Below the pieces are notes generated by a model. That model saw nothing but the letters and a program-made list of their open reading frames with translations, made no database searches and was not told the DNA's origin. Positions 15,148 through 20,558 of a DNA stretch of 20,558 nt are shown here, one piece after another. Numbering within the stretch: the stretch's first letter is position 1; the number at the start of each line of letters is the position of its first letter. The stretch is from a virus (lineage: Duplodnaviria > Heunggongvirae > Uroviricota > Caudoviricetes), in IMG/VR virus record IMGVR_UViG_2541047726_000008; one strand, given 5' to 3'. Made by a program: the position numbers and the translations under genes.

Positions 15148-16231
15148 CTTCACTGAGTATCGGGGTGATAAGCTCAAACTAGCGAGAATGGCTGTTGGGC
15201 TTTCTTGTGAAGAGTTAGCCGAAAAAATTGGCAAGACAAAGCAATTCGTTAGCAAACTGGAGAAGGGGTGCAGGCCATCGGAGCAATGTCTTGAGTTAAT
15301 ATCTTCAGCGCTTATGATTAAGTCCAGTTTTCTTTTTACTGAACGAAAATACGCTCTGGAAAGTGATGTCTGCCATTTTCGGAGTAAGAAGTCCAGGACT
15401 CAAACGCTGACTAATAGTGTATTGGCCAGGGCTGAGATTCTTAATATTATAATTTCTGCTGTTGAAGGTGAAATCGAATTTCCTGACGTTAACATACCGG
15501 AGCACCCAGGGGCTGAATTACTTACTCCGAATGATATTGAGCGAGTGGCAGAAGATTGTCGCCGTGCCTGGAATTTAGGTCTTGGCCCTATATCATCAAT
15601 GGTTAAATTGGCGGAGAGTTTAGGGGTAATCGTTGCGCATGTTACGGGAGTCGATGATCGTGTTGATGCTTTTACTGTTCACAATAACAGGCCTGTTATC
15701 ATCAGGAACAATGTTAAAAAAAGCATATGTAGATTTCGCTCTGATTTAGGTCATGAATTAGGGCATTTAGTAATGCATGAGGGCATAACGACAGGTGATA
15801 AACTTACGGAATCACAAGCCGATCACTTTTCGAGCGCCTTATTAGTTCCCAGGTTATCTTTCATTAAAGAATTTCCACGAATACGAGGTAAGCAATTCGA
15901 CTGGAATGCTCTGGTTGAATTTAAACTTAGATGGAAAATCAGCCTTAAAATGTGTATTTATCGAGCCAGCGCATTAGGCTTATTGACCCAGGAACAGGCA
16001 AGAACTGGCTATATGCATCTTAATTCCAGAGGGTATACGAGAGTTGAACCTGGTGATGAACTTTTGCGCCCTGAAGAACCCGGCATGCTGGCCGAGGCGA
16101 TTGAAATGCTGGATGATGCAACCTGGCTAAGAATTCTTATGAAAACTGGCTTGAGCCAAGATTTAATTCGTGAGTTGTTCTCCATCAACAGACCTATTAC
16201 AAATCCAAGAAATATTTTCCAGATTGTTTGA
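15128..16231 (+). CDS. Fused XRE-family HTH / ImmA(IrrE)-type zinc metallopeptidase
   Basis: Track start is GTG 15125; ATG at 15128. 367 aa. N-terminal HTH (LKLARMAVGLSCEELAEKIGKTKQFVSKLEKG) and central HEXXH motif in an ImmA/IrrE-like context (…FRSDLGHELGHLVMHEG…). Confidence 0.8.
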   Translation: MEHQVNNFTEYRGDKLKLARMAVGLSCEELAEKIGKTKQFVSKLEKGCRPSEQCLELISSALMIKSSFLFTERKYALESDVCHFRSKKSRTQTLTNSVLARAEILNIIISAVEGEIEFPDVNIPEHPGAELLTPNDIERVAEDCRRAWNLGLGPISSMVKLAESLGVIVAHVTGVDDRVDAFTVHNNRPVIIRNNVKKSICRFRSDLGHELGHLVMHEGITTGDKLTESQADHFSSALLVPRLSFIKEFPRIRGKQFDWNALVEFKLRWKISLKMCIYRASALGLLTQEQARTGYMHLNSRGYTRVEPGDELLRPEEPGMLAEAIEMLDDATWLRILMKTGLSQDLIRELFSINRPITNPRNIFQIV

Positions 16232-16235
16232 GTAT

Positions 16236-16256
16236 ACCCGCTTCGGCGGGTTTTTT
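16236..16256 (+). terminator. Intrinsic terminator (second copy of the hok-terminator hairpin)
   Basis: ACCCGC-TTCG-GCGGG plus T6. The 20-mer 16236-16255 is identical to 14401-14420. Confidence 0.7.
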
Positions 16257-16340
16257 GTTTTTATTTTCAACGTGTTTGAAGTTTTGGACGGTGCCAGAAT
16301 AGAATCAAAAATACTTAAGTAGCGCGCAGGGAGAAGAGGG

Positions 16341-16562
16341 ATGGACCCCGAACAGGGGGAGTGCTATTTATCTGGAAGGATTCTGTTGATGAAAATCGAA
16401 GAATTACGTGAAATTTTTAGTGAAGATGGCCTCTATGCTGTGCGCGTTGAGAATGGGGGTATTACCTACACAGCGTTAATTCCTGATGATCATGTAGTGT
16501 TATCTGTTGAGGCATTCATTGAATACTTGGAAAGACTCGGTTTCAAGGTAGTTCGGGAATAA
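16341..16562 (+). CDS. Hypothetical protein (73 aa; alternative start 16389)
   Basis: ATG at 16341 with AGGGAG upstream; an internal ATG at 16389 (MKIEELREIF…) also has GGAAGGA upstream. No motif recognised. Confidence 0.45.
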   Translation: MDPEQGECYLSGRILLMKIEELREIFSEDGLYAVRVENGGITYTALIPDDHVVLSVEAFIEYLERLGFKVVRE

Positions 16563-16570
16563 GTTATAAT
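16542..16570 (+). promoter_or_regulatory. Possible promoter for the rem-like/DUF968/rusA/Q-like gene block
   Basis: TTCAAG (16542-16547), 17 nt, perfect TATAAT (16565-16570). Overlaps the 3' end of the preceding small gene. Confidence 0.3.
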
Positions 16571-16621
16571 ACGTGAGCCAGCCTGAACAACTGGCAACCT
16601 GCAGCGCCATTGGAGATGACA

Positions 16622-16894
16622 ATGGCGCATAATTTCAAATTTCGCAATTCTGATTCTGCCTTTGCCAGCAGGCACGGGTGGCGTTCTCACGCATTCAAAT
16701 ATGACTGGTATCAGCACGATCCCTGTACTGAAGAACAGGCCGAATGGCTGATTCATAACTACCGCAGACGTGGATATGAGTTTAGGAAAGCCCTCACCCT
16801 CGATTATCGTCACTGGATAATCTACGTCAGACTCCCTTATTCCGAACGCCCACCGCGTCCGTCCCGCACATTCCAGCAACGCATCTGGAGGTAA
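16622..16894 (+). CDS. Hypothetical protein (90 aa), possibly Rem-like
   Basis: Track start is TTG 16610; ATG at 16622 has GGAG 6 nt upstream. Basic, Trp/Tyr-rich. Position just upstream of the DUF968-like gene resembles the rem-ydfU arrangement of E. coli Qin as recalled. Confidence 0.45.
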   Translation: MAHNFKFRNSDSAFASRHGWRSHAFKYDWYQHDPCTEEQAEWLIHNYRRRGYEFRKALTLDYRHWIIYVRLPYSERPPRPSRTFQQRIWR

Positions 16895-16895
16895 C

Positions 16896-17942
16896 GTGCG
16901 GGTATTACTTCGACCTGTTCTGGTACCGGAACTCGGGCTGGTGATCGTTAAGCCGGGCCGTGAATCCATGCCGGTATTCCACAATACCCGGGTACTGGTG
17001 GAGCCGGAACCGAAAAGCATGCGTAATCTGCCGTCCGGGGTCGTTCCTGCCGTTCGCCAGCCGCTGGCGGAGGATAAATCATTACTGCCATTTTTCAGCG
17101 ACGAACGAGTGATTCGTGCTGCTGGTGGCGCTGGCGCATTGTCTGATTGGTTACTGCGCCATGTTAAATCCTGCCAGTGGCCACACGGCGATTATCACCA
17201 CAGTGAAACCGTCATTCACCGTTATGGTACCGGCGCAATGGTGTTGTGCTGGCACTGCGACAACCAGCTGCGCGACCAGACCTCCGAATCACTCGGGCAA
17301 CTTGCTCACCAAAACCTGTCTGCATGGATGATTGACGTCATACGCCATGCAATGAATGGCTCGCAGGAACGGGAATTATCGCTGGCTGAATTATCCTGGT
17401 GGGCGGTCCGCAATCAGGTGGCGGACGCGCTACCGGAAGCGGTATTACGTCGTTCGCTGGGGTTGCGTGCGGAAAAAATCCGCTCAATGTACCGTGAAAG
17501 CGACATCGTACCGGGAGAGCAGACCGCCACCAGCATACTGAAGCAGCGCACAAAAAATCTTGCGCCGCTGCCTCACGCCCACCAGCAAAACCCGCCACAG
17601 GAAGAGACGGTGGTCAGCATTGCCGTTGATCCTGAGTCTCCGGAATCTTTCATGAAACGACCTAAACGTCGCCGCTGGGTTAACGAGAAATACACACGCT
17701 GGGTGAAGACACAGCCGTGTGCGTGTTGTGGTAAGCCAGCCGACGATCCCCATCACCTGATTGGTCATGGTCAGGGCGGAATGGGGACAAAATCTCACGA
17801 TATTTTCACGCTACCGCTGTGTCGGGAGCATCACAACGAGCTTCATGCGGATCCTCTGGCGTTCGAAGAAAAGCATGGTTCTCAGGTTGATTTAATTTTT
17901 CGTTTTCTTGATCACGCCTTTGCAACTGGCGTGCTTGGGTAA
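16896..17942 (+). CDS. DUF968-like nin-region protein with HNH-like Cys/His C-terminus
   Basis: 348 aa, GTG at 16896 with GGAGGT upstream. C-terminal …CACCGKPADDPHHLIGHGQGGMGTKSHDIFTLPLCREHHNELH… is an HNH/zinc-binding-like motif. Size and position before rusA match YdfU-type proteins as recalled. Confidence 0.65.
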   Translation: MRVLLRPVLVPELGLVIVKPGRESMPVFHNTRVLVEPEPKSMRNLPSGVVPAVRQPLAEDKSLLPFFSDERVIRAAGGAGALSDWLLRHVKSCQWPHGDYHHSETVIHRYGTGAMVLCWHCDNQLRDQTSESLGQLAHQNLSAWMIDVIRHAMNGSQERELSLAELSWWAVRNQVADALPEAVLRRSLGLRAEKIRSMYRESDIVPGEQTATSILKQRTKNLAPLPHAHQQNPPQEETVVSIAVDPESPESFMKRPKRRRWVNEKYTRWVKTQPCACCGKPADDPHHLIGHGQGGMGTKSHDIFTLPLCREHHNELHADPLAFEEKHGSQVDLIFRFLDHAFATGVLG

Positions 17943-17954
17943 AAGAGGTGACTG

Positions 17955-18329
17955 ATGCTCATAGATTTGGTTTTACCTTACCCGCCGACGGTGAACACTT
18001 ACTGGCGACGCCGTGGCAGCACATATTTTATCTCGGAGGAGGGAAAGCGTTATCGCCGGGCTGTGGCGCTTATTGTTCGCCAGCAGCGGCTGAAATTAAG
18101 CCTGTCCGGAAGGCTGGCGATAAAGGTGATTGCAGAGCCACCGGATAAGCGTCGTCGCGACCTGGACAATATCCTGAAAGCACCGCTGGATGCGCTGACG
18201 CATGCGGGAGTGTTAATGGACGATGAGCAGTTTGATGAAATCAATATCGTTCGTGGTCAGCCAGTATCTGGTGGACGTATGGGGGTGAAGATTTGCCCCA
18301 TAATGCATGAAGAGCAGGTCAAAAAATGA
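17955..18329 (+). CDS. rusA: Holliday junction resolvase RusA
   Basis: 124 aa, ATG at 17955 with AAGAGGTG upstream. …PPDKRRRDLDNILKAPLDALTHAGVLMDDEQF… matches the RusA catalytic-region pattern (DRRRRDLDN…DALT.AG…DD.Q) as recalled. Confidence 0.85.
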   Translation: MLIDLVLPYPPTVNTYWRRRGSTYFISEEGKRYRRAVALIVRQQRLKLSLSGRLAIKVIAEPPDKRRRDLDNILKAPLDALTHAGVLMDDEQFDEINIVRGQPVSGGRMGVKICPIMHEEQVKK

Positions 18330-19147
18330 AACTGGAAGATTTACCGAAATACTACTCCCCAAAATCCCCTGGCCTGACCGATGCATCGGCCTCAACGTCA
18401 AAAGATGCGCTGAGTATCACTGATGTGATGGCCGCGCAGGGCATGACACAGAATCGGGCTGAGATGGGGTTTTCTGCGTTCCTGGGGAAAATGGGCATCA
18501 GTATGAATGACAGGGCGCGGGCAACAGAATTACTGGCAGATTATGCACTCAGTCGGTGCGATCGTGTGGCGGCGTTGAGAAAACTTCCGGCAGAAATAAA
18601 ACCGGTAGTGATGCGCATTATGGCTTCGTATGCGTTTGAAGATTATGCCCGTAGCGCGGCGAGCAAAAAACAGTGCCCCTGCTGTCACGGAAAAAAATTT
18701 ATTGAAAGCGAGGTTTTTACAAACAAGATCCAGTATCCGGATGGTAAGCCACCAGTGTGGGCAAAGTGCACAAAAGGCGTGTATCCGTCTTACTGGGAAG
18801 AATGGAAAAAAGTCAGGGAGGTGGTAAAAGTTGCCTGTCCGGAGTGTGGCGGAAAGGGTGAGGTTTCCACCGCCTGTAAGGATTGCCGTGGGCGTGGTGT
18901 CGCCATTCATCGTGAAGAGTCGGTAAAACGTGGTATGCCTGTTATCAGAGATTGCCAGCGTTGTGGTGGTCGTGGCTGTGAAAGGCTGCCATCAACGGAG
19001 GCATTTAATGCCATATGCAAAGTGACGAGTGCTATCACGCTTGATACGTGGAAAAAATCAGTGAAACGCTTTTACGATACGTTGGTGGTTCGGTTTGACA
19101 TTGAAGAGGCATGGGCGGAGCGGCAGTTAAAGAGGGTAACGCGATAG
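18326..19147 (+). CDS. Q-like late-gene antiterminator candidate (zinc-finger protein)
   Basis: 273 aa; ATGA overlap with the rusA stop. Four CxxC motifs, three as CxxCxGxG repeats (CPCCHGKK, CPECGGKGE, CKDCRGRG, CQRCGGRG). Sits immediately upstream of a strong promoter and terminator pair like lambda Q / pR' / tR'. Assignment rests mainly on position. Confidence 0.5.
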   Translation: MKLEDLPKYYSPKSPGLTDASASTSKDALSITDVMAAQGMTQNRAEMGFSAFLGKMGISMNDRARATELLADYALSRCDRVAALRKLPAEIKPVVMRIMASYAFEDYARSAASKKQCPCCHGKKFIESEVFTNKIQYPDGKPPVWAKCTKGVYPSYWEEWKKVREVVKVACPECGGKGEVSTACKDCRGRGVAIHREESVKRGMPVIRDCQRCGGRGCERLPSTEAFNAICKVTSAITLDTWKKSVKRFYDTLVVRFDIEEAWAERQLKRVTR

Positions 19148-19152
19148 TGTTG

Positions 19153-19180
19153 TTGATTTTTCCCGAATCTGTGGTAAATT
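19153..19180 (+). promoter_or_regulatory. pR'-like late promoter
   Basis: TTGATT (19153-19158), 16-nt spacer, TAAATT (19175-19180), directly after the Q-like gene. Confidence 0.45.
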
Positions 19181-19228
19181 TGCTCTAACGATGGGCGTTT
19201 TATGCCTGACGTTAGAAGATTTTTTACA

Positions 19229-19251
19229 CCCCGCCGCCTGGCGGGTTTTTT
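19229..19251 (+). terminator. tR'-like intrinsic terminator
   Basis: CCCGCC-GCCT-GGCGGG plus T6, about 45 nt downstream of the predicted pR'-like TSS. Confidence 0.6.
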
Positions 19252-19373
19252 ATGACTGAAATCGCGTCAGTACAGTAAACGCGCTGGTGGCGGTGAATAC
19301 CTGTCTTTCAGCTTGCTGGCTTTTTCGACAAGAGTTATTGGTGTGTCACGTTAACCGGAAAAGGGAAAAAGAC

Positions 19374-19571
19374 ATGCTAAAACAGCAGGATATGACAGAA
19401 ACCGCCAGAGTGGTGTTTAATGAATTAAGCGTTACCGAACCGGCGACAGTCGGGGAGATAGCGCAGAATACTTACCTTTCACGCGAACGCTGCCAGTTAA
19501 TACTGACCCAGCTGGTTATGGCGGGTCTGGCAGACTATCAGTTTGGTTGTTACAGACGCCTTCAGTCCTGA
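19374..19571 (+). CDS. Hypothetical small protein (65 aa), possible HTH
   Basis: Track ORF 19287..19571; ATG at 19374 has AAGGGAAAA upstream (MLKQQDMTETARVVFNELSVTEPATVGEIAQNTYLSRERCQLILTQLV…). Confidence 0.45.
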   Translation: MLKQQDMTETARVVFNELSVTEPATVGEIAQNTYLSRERCQLILTQLVMAGLADYQFGCYRRLQS

Positions 19572-19582
19572 AGGCTTTTTTA
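19558..19582 (+). terminator. Intrinsic terminator after the small gene
   Basis: GCCTTCA-GTCC-TGAAGGC followed by TTTTTT; the stop codon lies inside the stem. Confidence 0.55.
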
Positions 19583-19721
19583 TTTGTGGTAAATGGGCGG
19601 CTGGTGGGTGTTAGGGGCACTCACCAGCCATCTGCTCATGCGTTGGGTTCACAAGCAAACCTCAGGCCCACTGCTTTGCGCAAAAGCAGAATGAGCCTAT
19701 CAGAGACAGGCTTAATGATCC

Positions 19722-20558
19722 ATGCTTAATACTGTAAAAATATCCAGTTGTGAGTTAATCAACGCCGACTGCCTGGAATTTATCCGGTCGTTACCCGAAA
19801 ATTCTGTTGACCTGATAGTCACGGACCCGCCGTACTTTAAAGTGAAGCCTGAGGGCTGGGATAACCAGTGGAAGGGCGACGATGATTACCTGAAGTGGCT
19901 GGACCAGTGTCTGGCGCAGTTCTGGCGGGTGCTGAAACCTGCCGGAAGTCTTTACCTGTTCTGTGGTCATCGCCTGGCATCTGATATCGAAATCATGATG
20001 CGTGAACGCTTCAGTGTGCTGAACCATATTATCTGGGCAAAGCCGTCCGGACGCTGGAACGGGTGCAACAAGGAAAGCCTGCGGGCGTATTTCCCCGCCA
20101 CAGAGCGCATTCTGTTCGCGGAACATTATCAGGGGCCGTATCGTCCGAAAGATGCCGGGTATGAGGCGAAGGGCAGGGCACTGAAACAGCATGTGATGGC
20201 CCCGCTGATTGCTTACTTTCGTGATGCGCGCGCTGCCCTGGGGATAACGGCAAAACAGATAGTGGATGCCACAGGAAAGAAAAACATGGTGTCGCACTGG
20301 TTCAGTGCCAGTCAGTGGCAGCTGCCGAACGAAAGTGATTATCTGAAATTACAGGCGCTGTTTGCCCGGGTGGCAGAAGAGAAGCATCAGCGGGGTGAAC
20401 TGGAAAAGCCCCACCACCAGCTGCTGGAGACGTATACTTCACTGAACCGGCAGTATGCGGAACTGCAGAGTGAATATAAGCATCTGCGGCGGTATTTTGG
20501 CGTGACGGCGCAGGTGCCGTACACGGATGTGTGGACGCATAAACCGGTGCAGTACTAT
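19722..20558 (+). CDS. N6-adenine DNA methyltransferase (3'-partial, continues past the window)
   Basis: Open frame from ATG 19722 to the window end (279 codons, no stop), absent from the track because it lacks a stop. DPPY motif near the N-terminus (…DLIVTDPPYF…) and later …GSLYLFCG…, typical of beta-class amino-methyltransferases. Confidence 0.8.
   Translation, partial: MLNTVKISSCELINADCLEFIRSLPENSVDLIVTDPPYFKVKPEGWDNQWKGDDDYLKWLDQCLAQFWRVLKPAGSLYLFCGHRLASDIEIMMRERFSVLNHIIWAKPSGRWNGCNKESLRAYFPATERILFAEHYQGPYRPKDAGYEAKGRALKQHVMAPLIAYFRDARAALGITAKQIVDATGKKNMVSHWFSASQWQLPNESDYLKLQALFARVAEEKHQRGELEKPHHQLLETYTSLNRQYAELQSEYKHLRRYFGVTAQVPYTDVWTHKPVQYY

Noticed and set aside
16490-17020. 176-aa minus-strand ORF
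   Set aside because: Antisense to the rem-like and DUF968-like genes, which have SDs and recognisable motifs.
19630-19700. Possible tRNA between the small gene and the methyltransferase (lambdoid phages often carry tRNAs after Q)
   Set aside because: GGGTTCACAAGC resembles a T-loop, but no 5-bp T-stem or acceptor-stem pairing could be built by eye; the region is better explained by simple hairpins. tRNAscan would settle it.
19791-20297. 168-aa minus-strand ORF
   Set aside because: Entirely antisense to the methyltransferase frame, which has a clear DPPY motif; the minus ORF is Arg/Pro-rich and low complexity.

Overview
The window reads as the left arm, immunity region, replication module, nin-like region and start of the late region of a lambdoid prophage from an enterobacterium. 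All family assignments below come from motifs read in the ORF-track translations and from memory; no database search was run. Layout, left to right: integrase and excisionase at the left edge (attL would lie outside the window), then a leftward early operon (DnaQ-type exonuclease fusion, small ORFs, Rha-family regulator). The immunity switch follows: a CI-like HTH repressor with no LexA/S24 peptidase domain, apparently leaderless, divergent from a Cro-like and a CII/YdaT-like gene across back-to-back promoters. Next is a replication module (O-like initiator with a DnaT-like C-terminus and two embedded GTCAC iteron arrays, then a lambda-P-like loader), then a long chain of translationally coupled small genes. 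The right third holds a hok/sok-type type I toxin-antitoxin locus, a DUF968-like protein, RusA, a Q-like zinc-finger protein with a pR'/tR'-like promoter-terminator pair, and a 3'-truncated N6-adenine DNA methyltransferase that the ORF track missed. The best candidate for an undescribed system is an AT-rich two-gene cassette at 14.4-16.3 kb: an unrecognisable 216-aa protein followed by a fused XRE-HTH/ImmA(IrrE)-type HEXXH metallopeptidase, bracketed by two copies of an identical 20-nt terminator hairpin. Many ORF-track starts are alternative codons (GTG/TTG) a few codons upstream of an ATG with a better Shine-Dalgarno; starts were re-called accordingly.
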